A program made the translations under genes and the position numbers. Shown here piece after piece: positions 1-12,300 of a stretch of DNA of 64,000 bases. How positions within the stretch are numbered: the stretch's first letter is position 1; each line of letters starts with the position of its first letter. The notes beneath the pieces are model-generated. The model was not told the origin of the DNA. It did not search any database and saw only the letters and a list, made by a program, of their open reading frames with translations. The DNA comes from Tubulanus polymorphus (Eukaryota > Animalia > Nemertea), in the NCBI RefSeq assembly GCF_964204645.1, contig NC_134035.1, positions 744,001-808,000 on the forward strand, written 5' to 3'.

Positions 1-470
1 AGACTGGCGGATGGTGCTGATGTTCGCGGAGGAGATCCCGATACTGCTGCTGCTGTTACTGGTGTTGCAGCTGCTGTTGATGTCGGATTTCAACTACAAA
101 CAGATGACGGCTAATTTGCTGATGAAGACGAGTTGCTGTTGTTGCTGATTTCCGATGTTCTATTTCACACACATTTATACATTATGAATATTGTGTCTTT
201 TTAGGGTTAAACCGAAACCAGTTCGCTACTACTGACAACTACATGTACACACAATTCGTTTGTCGCAACGTCCTGAACTAGTCTGCTGCTGCTACTGCTG
301 CTGCTGCTGCTGCTGCTGCATTGGGATTGCTGTTTCGGTATCTTAAAGATAAGGTAATTATATTAAACTACACCCATCCGAACATTTTGCATATTCAATC
401 TTCTTCATTAGCTTGACGATTGTACGATTTGTTTTTCAGCCGGCAATATTTGAGTTACAGCCCCCATCTT

Positions 471-980
471 CAAACCTCGAGACGCAGACTCTACTCCGAC
501 TACAGAACCATCGTCAAACCTCGAGACGCAGACTCTACTCCGACTACAGCACCATCGTCAAACCTCGAGACGCAGACTCTACTCCGACTACAGCACCATC
601 CTCAAACCTCGAGACGCAGACTCTACTCCGACTACAGAACCATCCTCAAACCTCGAGACGCAGACTCTACTCCGACTTCAGAACCATCTTCAAACCTCGA
701 GACGCAGACTCTACTCCGACTACAGCACCATCGTCAAACCTCGAGACGCAGACTCTACTCAGACTACAGAACCATCCTCAAACCTCGAGACGCAGACTCC
801 ACTCCGACTACAAAACCATCTTCAAACCTCGAGACGCAGACTCTACTCCGACTACAGCACCATCTTCAAACCTCGAGACGCAGACTCCACTCCGACTACA
901 GAACCATCTTCAAACCTCGAGACGCAGACTCTACTCCGACCACAGAACCATCTTCAGACCTCGAGACGCAGACTCTACTC
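471..980. repeat. 44-bp tandem repeat, ~12 copies (CAAACCTCGAGACGCAGACTCTACTCCGACTACAGAACCATCNT)
   Basis: Units start at 471, 515, 559 ... 955. This repeat explains ORFs 413..1030 and 420..1010. Confidence 0.95.
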
Positions 981-1340
981 GTCATTATTTCGTTTTGCCG
1001 CATGTTGTAAAAAGTAACGTAAATAAATAAACGTCCATCTATATAAAATGCTCTCTTTAATAAAATCTCTGTCTCGGGCACTTTGCCCCGGAAAGGACTC
1101 TTCCCTCTCACAACTTCCACTTGCCCCGGAAAAGGACTCTTCCGCTTACAACTTCTCACGTTCAAGTGACAAAGTCAAAAAGGAAAGGACAAACGCAAAG
1201 TACAAATCAAAGGATTTATTCCAAATTCAAAGTAGGAATTTGTTACAGCTTGTTTGCAAAAGTAAAATTCAACATTTTATTGAAACGAACAAAATCAAAA
1301 TTCAACATTTTATTTAATCAACAACCAATTTATTTAAAAT

Positions 1341-1404
1341 ACGGGATTTGAACCACCAACCACTGGTCTAGCAGTCCAGCACCCTACCCACTACGCTATA
1401 GGGA
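1341..1404 (-). mobile_element. tRNA-derived (SINE-like) head
   Basis: Minus strand reads TCCCTATAGCGTAGTGGGTAGGGTGCTGGACTGCTAGACCAGTGGTTGGTGGTTCAAATCCCGT, with A-box and B-box like motifs. There is no 3' acceptor-stem strand. Confidence 0.6.
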
Positions 1405-1526
1405 CGTACTGACAGCCTGCAGGGGAACTCATATTTATCCATTGCTTAAGCAAATTTTATTAAAAAAATAATGCCATCTACCGGGCGAGACAGGAACTAG
1501 TTCCTATCACAACCCGGTAGATGGTG

Positions 1527-2015
1527 GAGAATGAGACCAGAAGAAGGAGATGAGAGGAGAGAATGAGAGATGAGTATGAGATGAGAATTAAAGAGTGAGA
1601 GATGAGAATGAGATAGAGAGTATCAGATGAGAATTAAAGAGTGAGAGATGAAAATGAGATGAGTATGAGAGAGAGTATCAGATGAGAATTAAAGAGTGAG
1701 AGATGAAAATGAGATGAGTATGAGAGAGAGTATCAGATGAGAATTAAAGAGTGAGAGATGAGAATGAGATGAGAATGAAAGCGTGAGATGAGAGATGAGT
1801 ATGAGAGATGAGTATGAGAGATGAGTATGAGAGATGAGTATGAGAGATGAGTATGAGATGAGAATGAGAGATGAGTATGAGAGATGAGAGATGAGTATGA
1901 GATGAGAATGAGAGATGAGTATGAGATGAGGATGAAAGAGTGAGATGAGGATGAGTATGAGAGATGAGTATGAGATGAGAGAGTGAGAGATGAGAGATGA
2001 AAGAGAGAGACAGAG
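1527..2015. repeat. Purine-rich GAGATGA/GAGTAT-type microsatellite
   Basis: Directly visible. It explains the low-complexity ORF 1689..2036. Confidence 0.95.
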
Positions 2016-3663
2016 GATAATAGGATTGTATATCACCTGAACTTCTATGTTCCTCGTTGTTTTCTATCCGGCAGATTCTAGATGCCGTCAGTAGTTTTAG
2101 TTTTACAGTTTTTAGTTCAAACAGATCTTTATCCCATCAGCAGCAAAGTCATCACATAGTTAGTCCTCGTGGACATAAAGTTCACTATAACTGAATTCAA
2201 GTTCTCCCAATATGTGTTCATTTGTTTGTTTATCCTCCCGGTGAGTTCTAACGCTGCCAACACATATTTTATCCAGTTCATCTGATGTAGTCCTGATCAT
2301 CAAACGCAAACTTCAATAATTCCATCCTAATGATGACAAACACCCTAAAAGATATAAATGAAACTTAATAGATTTGAGGCAACCAATCAGTTATACACAG
2401 TTTGAGTTAAGTCTAGTTACCGGTGTATCAGAGAAATGGCAATCTAAGGTAGGGGGCCAAGGGTCAAATATTTTTTGTCTCCAATTTCGATGAAATTCGG
2501 TATAGACATGTATTATGGGGTGCTGATCACAAATCTGAAAGAATTTTTCGGATTCCGTGGCCCAGAAATCCAGAAATTCGAATTTTTGGGGGACCCCTAA
2601 ATATTCAAAAGGCCTTGGACCCCAGAGTTTTCAAAATATTCGAAATCTGATTGCAGATTTAGAATCAGCACCCCTGAAAATATACAGAACTAAAATTTCA
2701 AGCAAATCGAAGAGATTCGATTTTTTGGCCAAAAATGGCAAAAATCTAAGGTGTAAGTCCAGGAGTTTTTTTTCGGCGAAAAATTTTTTTTCTCCGATTC
2801 CTTCGAAATTTGGTAGGAATATATATTCTGAGGTGTAGATTCCGGATCCGCAATCAGATTTTGAATCGGAATTCATCTTCATGGGCAAATAAGGGTTTTA
2901 ATGCGCAAAATATGCACCCCAAAAATGGGGTACAAAGTCAAAATTTTTTTTTGGCCCAATTTTAATAAAATTTTGTGCAGACATGTTTTTTGGGGTGCTG
3001 ATTACAAATATGAGGTTAGATTTTGGATCTGAAGCTCGTAAAATGAAATATTCAGGATTTCGTGTTTCGACCCCCTTAATTTCGTCACAAATTTTGATGA
3101 AATTCGGTCCAAAAACGATTTTTATTCAATGATGTCAAATATTCAATTAATTTCTAAGGTAGAAATTGATTCTCTTACTAAAACCCTGGATTATAATTCC
3201 TGCAACACAATTACAGGCTGCTTCAAATAGCCACATTGAAAATTCTTATGAAATGCAGTGTAAACAGTGTTTACAGATAAACTGCTTTCTCATAATTGTT
3301 TGGGAAACTTTTAAGAAATTCTACTCACACTCACCAGCCCTTGTCTAGCAGTAATGGTAGTCCACCGAGTTCCACAAATCCACATACAGAGATCCACACC
3401 TCCTGGAGTCCACCACTGACTGTTTTTTTATGAGTATCAATCCACTTATTGTCCAGTTAGTTGACTAAATAGTCCAGTTAGTTCACATATAGTCTGGTTA
3501 GTTCACTAGTAGTCCGGAAGAAGTTGACTGAAGAAGTAAAACTGTGATAAATTTCAGTTGAAGTCCACCACGTCCAGTATTCGTGATGAAGTTTACACCA
3601 CAGCCCGACAGAGGAAAACCTGAAATACTAAAATTGAAACCACATTAACAGGGAGACTGACTG

Positions 3664-4301
3664 AGAGGTTGAGGGAGGATGGGATGAGAGGTTGGGGAGG
3701 ATGGGGTGATGAGGTTGGGGAGGATGGGGTGATGAGGTTGGGTAGGATGGGGTGAGAGGTTGGGGGAGGATGAAGTGAGAGGATGAAGTGAGAGGTTGGG
3801 GTGAGGTTGAGGGAGGATGGGGTGAGAGGTTTGGGGTGGGATGAGAGGTTGGGGACAATGGGGTGATGAGGTTAAGGGAGGATGAGGTGAGAGGTTGGGG
3901 TGAGGTTGAGGGAGGATGAGGTGAGAGGTTGGGGTGAGGTTGAGGGAGGATGGGGTGAGAGGTTGGGGCGAGGTTGAGGGAGGATGGGGTGATGAGGTTG
4001 GGGGAGGATGGGGTGATGAGGTTGGGGGAGGATGGGTTGGGAGGTTGGGGGAGGATGGGTGAGAGGTTGAGGGAGGATGAAGTGAGAGGTTGGGGTGAGG
4101 TTGAGGGAGGATGGGGTGAGAGGTTGGGGCGAGGTTGAGGGAGGATGGGGTGATGAGGTTGGGGGAGGATGGGGTGATGAGGTTGGGGGAGGATGGGTTG
4201 GGAGGTTGGGGGAGGATGGGTGAGAGGTTGAGGGAGGATGAAGTGAGAGGTTGGGGTGAGGTTGAGGCAGGATGGGGTGAGAGGTTGAGGGAGGATGGGT
4301 G
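3664..4301 (+). repeat. G-rich VNTR (~23-bp GAGAGGTTG(A/G)GGGAGGATGGGGT variants), unit 1
   Basis: Other copies lie at ~7066-7539, 10668-11141, 14257-14403, 16996-17290 and 20413-20527. These tracts are the source of the Pro/His/Ser-rich shadow ORFs. Confidence 0.95.
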
Positions 4302-6336
4302 AAAAGTGAAGCAAAACAGCACAATTACTCTGACATAGTAAAAGTTTTCAGCAGTTTTCAGTACAGCACTGGATTAACAGATTCTCGTTTTACACAAAGG
4401 CCCAGCCTGTGGCAGTGGGAGAAAGCTGGTGTAACTAACTGGTCGAGTCAGCTGGTCTTAACTTGCTGAACAAGATGTGGTGCTGGAGGAAGTTGAAGAA
4501 CAGTTCATCAAGATTTGTGAAACTATCGCCTGCACCATGTGCAATGCAAGCGGCTAGGGTAGTGCGGCCCGTGTAGGCTAGAAAGTGGTTTTTGACACCG
4601 AGTGAGGTCCCTGTTAGTCTAGCACCTAGCCGTCGTTCCCCAAACAACCCGAAACCCGTAGTAACAACGACTGACTGATTCAAAATAAATTTAGTAGGTC
4701 CCTCACCTGCTCACTGACTGTGTCGTGACGTGTGTCTGCGCCGAAGTCAACTGGAGTGAGGTCCCCCTGTGCGTCGGCCCCGAGGACATGAAATATCACG
4801 AATTCTTGTCTTTTTACCCAATATCAAATTCGTACATTTAAAATCATCGTGGCTTTAAAGTCTTTATCAATTGAAGGAAATGTTCACTGTAAATAAAGAA
4901 TTAGCGATTGAATTGAGCCCGCTCCACAGTAAAAATAGCGCGATCAATTCAATCTCGACCGTCTAGTGCTGCCCCTATGTATAACGATAGCGTGGAAAGC
5001 GTGAACTAACATCATACTCGCTTGCCAGAGTCTTCGAACGGTAGTAGTGGACGAACTAATTACCGATTTGCGGGCCGGATTCAAGGGAAAATTCTCGAAC
5101 TCTGAAAACTGCTCTGAAACGTTTGAACCAAACAAATTTTCTATAAAAGAATAAGCCTTAAAAGAGTAAATTTGAATCGGGGTATTTCTAGTATGGTCTG
5201 GGAGAGAGCGACAGGTGTTTGTATGTTCCCTGATTATTTGCAACCAAATTAGTATACATCGAAGAAAAAATATGGACATTTTGTCAATTCAGATGATAAA
5301 TTATCATTCAAAAATGTAAATGAATAAGTTATTCTGTATATAAATATTATATTAATTGATAAGTAAGTGAATTTTAGCTAAAAAGAATTAAATATGTTAC
5401 CTAAAAAATAAGGAAATATCATGCAAAATTCAGAACGTATTCATAGTATCATATTTAATCAGAATTAGGCGCCACACTGGTCTGTATTGTACGTAATAAG
5501 GAAATTTAAATTCCGGCGGTAAATATGCACTACTATTTTAGTTCACAGAAATTCCGCTATCGTAATTAATAGGGGCAGCACTGAACGGTAGATATCTAAC
5601 TCAGCCTAGCAATCTTACTGTGGCATGCGAGTAATACAGATATTTTTCTTAGCCGAATTTCGTTCAATGTTTAATATGAGTCCATTGTATATGAATAATT
5701 CTACTATTGTTTTAGGTCTTTCGAAGGGGATCATCTTTTTAAAACGAATTTCAAACTATTTTTGATAGAACTCTTTTGTCTGCGGAATGTACTAGTATCC
5801 GGTAAAGCGGTAGGCTCACATGCCAAAGGAAGAATTTCAAGCAAATTAAATATTATTCTCTAAAATAGTGCATTCAACTACTACTAATTCACTTTAACCA
5901 GAAAAAAATGCTCTGAAACTATTAAAGAAACAATTTTCTATGAAAGAATAAAGCTTAAGAGTAATTTGAATCGGGGATATTCCTAGCATCGTCTGGGAGA
6001 GAACGACGGGTTCTAGATGCCAAGAGCATTTTTTTCAGTTGCCCCGTTTTTACTTCAAACACAGCCAATCGGTAGTGTCACATATTTAGTCCTCGTGGAC
6101 ATAAAGTTCACTATAAGTGAAGTCAAGTTCTCCCAATATGTGTTCGTTTGTTTGTTTATCCTCTCGGTGACTTCTAAAGCTGCCCACACATATTTATCCA
6201 GTTCATCTGATGTAGGTCCTGATCAACAAACAAAAACGTCAATATATAGTTCCTAATGATGACAAACTCCTAACAAAATATACACGAAACTTTATAGATT
6301 TGAGGCCATCAGTCAAACATACAGAGTTAGAGTTAT

Positions 6337-9300
6337 TTTTTTGGCCCAATTTTAATGACACTTAGTGCAGACATGTTTTTTGGGGTGCTGATTACAAATA
6401 TGAGGTTAGATTTAGGATCCGAGGCTCCTAAAATGAGATATTCAGGATTTCGTGTTTTGACCCCCTTAATTTCGTCCCAAATTTTGATGAAATTTGCCTG
6501 GGAAATTCGGCCCAAAATCGAATTTTATTCAATGATCAAATATTCAATTAATTTTTAAGGTAGAAATTGATGCTCTTACTAAAAACCCTGAATTATACTT
6601 CCTGCAACACAATTACAGGCTGCTTCAAATAGCCACATTGACAATTCTTATGAAATGCAGTGTAAACAGTGTTTACAGATAGATAAACTGCTTTCTCATA
6701 ATTGTTTGGGAAACTTTTAAGAAATTCTACTCACACTCACCAGCCCTTGTCTAGCAGTAATGGTAGTCACCGAGTTCCACAAATCCACATACACCTCCTG
6801 GAGTCCACCACTGACTGTTTTTTTATCCACTTATAGTCCGGTTAGTGGACTAAATAGTCCAGTTAGTTGACTAATAGCCCGGTTAGTTGACTAGTAGTCC
6901 AGTTAGTTCACTAGTAGTCCGGAAGAAGTTGACTGAAGAAGTAAAACTGTGATGAATTTCAGTTGAAGTCCACCACATCCAGTATTTGTGATGAAGTTTA
7001 CACGACAGCCCGACAGGAAAACCTGAAATATAAAATTGAAATCACATTAACAGGAACACTGACTGAGAAGTTGGGGGAGGATGGGGTGAGAGGTTGAGGG
7101 ACAATGGGATGAGAGGTGGGGGGAGGTTGTGGTGAGAGGTTGAGGGACAATGGGATGAGAGGTTGGGGGAGGATGGGGTGAGAGGTTGAGGGAGTATGGG
7201 ATGAGAGGTTGGGGAGGATGGGGTGAGAGGTTGGGGGAGCATGGGGTGAGAGGTTGAGGGACAATGGGATGAGAGGTTGGGGGAGGATGTGGTGAGAGGT
7301 TGAGGGACAATGGGATGAGAGGTTGGGGGAGGATGGGGTGAGAGGTTGAGGGAGGATGGGATGAGAGGTTGGGGAGGATGGGGTGAGAGGTTGGGGAGGA
7401 TGGGTGAGAGGTTGGGGAGGATGGGGTGAGAGGTTGGGGAGGATGGGTGAGAGGTTGAGAGAGGATGGGGTGAGAGGTTGGGGAGGGTGGGATGAGAGGT
7501 TGAGGGAGGGTGGGATGAGAGGTTGGGGAGGATGGGTGAAAAGGGAAGCAAAACAGCACAATTACTCAGGCTTAAGCAAAAGTTTCCAGCAGTTTTCAGT
7601 CACACTGGATTAACAGATTCTCGTTTTACACAAGAGCCCAGCCTGTGGCAGTGGGAGAAAGCTGGTGTAACTAACTGAGTCAGCTGGTCTTAACCTGCTG
7701 AACAAGATGTGGTGCTGGAGGAAGTTGAAGAACAGTTCATCAAGATTTCTGAAACTATCGCCTGCTGCACAATGTGCAATGCAAGCGGCTAGGGTAGTGC
7801 GGCCCGTGTAGGCTAGAAAGTGGTTTTTGACACCGAGTGAGGTCCCTGTTAGCCTAGCACCTAGCCGTCGTTACCCAAACAACCCGGAACCCGTAGTAAC
7901 AACGACTGACTGATTCAGACTAAATTTGAGTAGGTCCCGGCCTCCACTGACTGTCGTAAAGTGTCTGCGAAGTCACTGGAGTGAGGTCCCCCTAAACTGT
8001 GTGTACCTGAGGACATGAACATGAAATATCATGTATGAATTTTTATCTTTTTTACCAATATCAAAATTCGTACATTTAGAATCATCGCGGCTTTAAAGTC
8101 TTTATCAATTGAGGGAATAGTTCACTGTAAATAAAGATTTAGCGATTGAATTGAGCCCGCTCCACATTAAAATAGCGCGATTAATTCAATCTCGACCGTC
8201 TAGTGCTGCCGCTATGTATAACGACAGCGTGGAAAATGTGAACTAACATAATACTCGCTTGCCAGAGTCTTCGAACGGCAGGAGTGGACGAACTATTTAC
8301 CGATTTGCGGGCCGGATTCCGAGGAAAATTCTCAAACTCTGAAAACTGCTCTGAAACGTTCAAACCAAACAATTTTTCTATAAGAGAATGAGCCTTAAAA
8401 GAGTCAATTTGAATCGGGGTATTTCTAGTATGGCCTAGGAGAGAGCGACAGGTGTTTGTAAGTTCCCTGTTTATTTGCGCGCAAATAGACTATAATCGAA
8501 GAAAAAATATGGACATTTTGTCAATTCTGATGATAAATTATCATTAAAAAATGAAAATGAATAATTTATTCTGTATACAAATACTATATTAATTGATAAG
8601 TAAGTAAATTTTAGCTAAAAAAAATTAAATATGTTACCTAAAAATAAGGAAATATCATACAAAATTCAGAACGTATTCATAGTATCATATTTAATCAGAA
8701 TTAGACGACACACTGGTCGGTACTGTACGTGATAAGGACATTTAAATTCCGGCGGTAAATATGCGCTACTATTTTAGTTCACAGAAATTCCGCTATCGTA
8801 ATTCATAGGGGCAGCACTGTACGGTAAATATCTAACTCAGCCTCGCTATCTTACTGTGGCATGCGAGCAATACAGATATTTTTCTTAGCCGAATTTCGTT
8901 GATTATCTAATACGATTCCATTGTATATGAATAATTCGACTATCGTTTAAGGTTTTTAGAAGGGGATCATCTTTCTAAAACGAATTTCAAACCGTTTTTG
9001 ATAGAACTATTTTGTCTGCGGAATGTATTAGCATCCGGTAAAGCGCTAGGCTCACATGCCAAAGGAAGAATTTCAATCATATTAAATTTTATTCTCTAAA
9101 ATAGTGCATTCAACTACCACTAACACTGTAACCAGAAATAATGCTCGGAAACTATTAAAGAAGAGTAAATTTGAATTCAAGTTCTCCCAATATTTGTTCG
9201 TTTGTTTGTTTATCCTCCCGGCGAGTTCTAACACTGCCAACACATATCTATCCAGTTCATCTGATCCTGATCATCAAACTCAAAAAGTCAATAATTCCAT

Positions 9301-12300
9301 CCTAATGATGAGAAACATCCTAAAAGATATAAATGAAACTTAATAGATTTGAGGCCACCAAACAGTAATACACAGTGTAAGAGTTAAGTCTAGTTACCGG
9401 TATATCAGAGAAATGGCAATCTAAGGTAGGCTACTACCCAAAATGAGTGTCGGGGTCAAATATTTTTTGTCTCCGATTTTGATGAAATTCCGGTTAGACA
9501 TGTATTCAGGGGTGCTGATCACAAATCTGAAAGAATTTTTAGGATCCGAGGCCCAGAAAATGAGAAATTCGATTTTTTTGGGGGACCCCTAAATTTTCAA
9601 AAGGCCTTGGACCCCAGAGTTTTCGAGATATTCAAAATCTGTTTGCAGATATGGAATCAGCACCCCTGACAATATAAATGACTGAAATTTCAAGCAAATC
9701 GAAGAGATTCGATTTTTTGGCTAAAAATGGCAAAAATCTAAGGTGTTAGTCCAGGAGTTTTTTTTCGGCGAAAACTTTTTTTTCTCTGATTCCTTCGAAA
9801 TTTGGTAGGAATATGTATTCTGAGGTGTAGATTCCGGATCCGCAATCAGATTTTGAATCGGAATTCATCTTCATGGGCAAATATGGGTTTTAATGCCCAA
9901 AATATGCACCCCAAAAATGGGGTACAAAGTCAAAATTTTTTTTTGGCCCAATTTTAATGAAACTTAGTGCAGACATGTTTTTTGGGGTGCTGATTACAAA
10001 TATGAGGTTAGATTTAGGATCCGAGGCTCCTAAAATGAGATATTCAGGATTTCGTGTTTTGACCCCCTTAATTTCGTCCCAAATTTTGATGAAATTTGCC
10101 TGGGAAATTCGGCCCAAAATCGAATTTTATTCAATGATCAAATATTCAATTAATTTTTAAGGTAGAAATTGATGCTCTTACTAAAAACCCTGAATTATAC
10201 TTCCTGCAACACAATTACAGGCTGCTTCAAATAGCCACATTGACAATTCTTATGAAATGCAGTGTAAACAGTGTTTACAGATAGATAAACTGCTTTCTCA
10301 TAATTGTTTGGGAAACTTTTAAGAAATTCTACTCACACTCACCAGCCCTTGTCTAGCAGTAATGGTAGTCACCGAGTTCCACAAATCCACATACACCTCC
10401 TGGAGTCCACCACTGACTGTTTTTTTATCCACTTATAGTCCGGTTAGTGGACTAAATAGTCCAGTTAGTTGACTAATAGCCCGGTTAGTTGACTAGTAGT
10501 CCAGTTAGTTCACTAGTAGTCCGGAAGAAGTTGACTGAAGAAGTAAAACTGTGATGAATTTCAGTTGAAGTCCACCACATCCAGTATTTGTGATGAAGTT
10601 TACACGACAGCCCGACAGGAAAACCTGAAATATAAAATTGAAATCACATTAACAGGAACACTGACTGAGAAGTTGGGGGAGGATGGGGTGAGAGGTTGAG
10701 GGACAATGGGATGAGAGGTGGGGGGAGGTTGTGGTGAGAGGTTGAGGGACAATGGGATGAGAGGTTGGGGGAGGATGGGGTGAGAGGTTGAGGGAGTATG
10801 GGATGAGAGGTTGGGGAGGATGGGGTGAGAGGTTGGGGGAGCATGGGGTGAGAGGTTGAGGGACAATGGGATGAGAGGTTGGGGGAGGATGTGGTGAGAG
10901 GTTGAGGGACAATGGGATGAGAGGTTGGGGGAGGATGGGGTGAGAGGTTGAGGGAGGATGGGATGAGAGGTTGGGGAGGATGGGGTGAGAGGTTGGGGAG
11001 GATGGGTGAGAGGTTGGGGAGGATGGGGTGAGAGGTTGGGGAGGATGGGTGAGAGGTTGAGAGAGGATGGGGTGAGAGGTTGGGGAGGGTGGGATGAGAG
11101 GTTGAGGGAGGGTGGGATGAGAGGTTGGGGAGGATGGGTGAAAAGGGAAGCAAAACAGCACAATTACTCAGGCTTAAGCAAAAGTTTCCAGCAGTTTTCA
11201 GTCACACTGGATTAACAGATTCTCGTTTTACACAAGAGCCCAGCCTGTGGCAGTGGGAGAAAGCTGGTGTAACTAACTGAGTCAGCTGGTCTTAACCTGC
11301 TGAACAAGATGTGGTGCTGGAGGAAGTTGAAGAACAGTTCATCAAGATTTCTGAAACTATCGCCTGCTGCACAATGTGCAATGCAAGCGGCTAGGGTAGT
11401 GCGGCCCGTGTAGGCTAGAAAGTGGTTTTTGACACCGAGTGAGGTCCCTGTTAGCCTAGCACCTAGCCGTCGTTACCCAAACAACCCGGAACCCGTAGTA
11501 ACAACGACTGACTGATTCAGACTAAATTTGAGTAGGTCCCGGCCTCCACTGACTGTCGTAAAGTGTCTGCGAAGTCACTGGAGTGAGGTCCCCCTAAACT
11601 GTGTGTACCTGAGGACATGAACATGAAATATCATGTATGAATTTTTATCTTTTTTACCAATATCAAAATTCGTACATTTAGAATCATCGCGGCTTTAAAG
11701 TCTTTATCAATTGAGGGAATAGTTCACTGTAAATAAAGATTTAGCGATTGAATTGAGCCCGCTCCACATTAAAATAGCGCGATTAATTCAATCTCGACCG
11801 TCTAGTGCTGCCGCTATGTATAACGACAGCGTGGAAAATGTGAACTAACATAATACTCGCTTGCCGGAGTCTTCGAACGGCAGGAGTGGACGAACTATTT
11901 ACCGATTTGCGGGCCGGATTCCGAGGAAAATTCTCAAACTCTGAAAACTGCTCTGAAACGTTCAAACCAAACAATTTTTCTATAAGAGAATGAGCCTTAA
12001 AAGAGTCAATTTGAATCGGGGTATTTCTAGTATGGCCTAGGAGAGAGCGACAGGTGTTTGTAAGTTCCCTGTTTATTTGCGCGCAAATAGACTATAATCG
12101 AAGAAAAAATATGGACATTTTGTCAATTCTGATGATAAATTATCATTAAAAAATGAAAATGAATAATTTATTCTGTATACAAATACTATATTAATTGATA
12201 AGTAAGTAAATTTTAGCTAAAAAAAATTAAATATGTTACCTAAAAATAAGGAAATATCATACAAAATTCAGAACGTATTCATAGTATCATATTTAATCAG

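Noticed and set aside
1-320. CAG/CAA-rich minus-strand stretch resembling a low-complexity exon
   Set aside because: Two frames are open to the window edge, but no start or domain is recognisable, so it cannot be supported.
471-980. CRISPR-like appearance of regular repeats (also 40361-40506 and 40991-41182)
   Set aside because: The units are contiguous with no unique spacers, there are no cas genes, and the context is eukaryotic.
3664-4301. Telomeric repeat
   Set aside because: There is no TTAGGG or TTAGG array. The unit is ~23 bp and interstitial.
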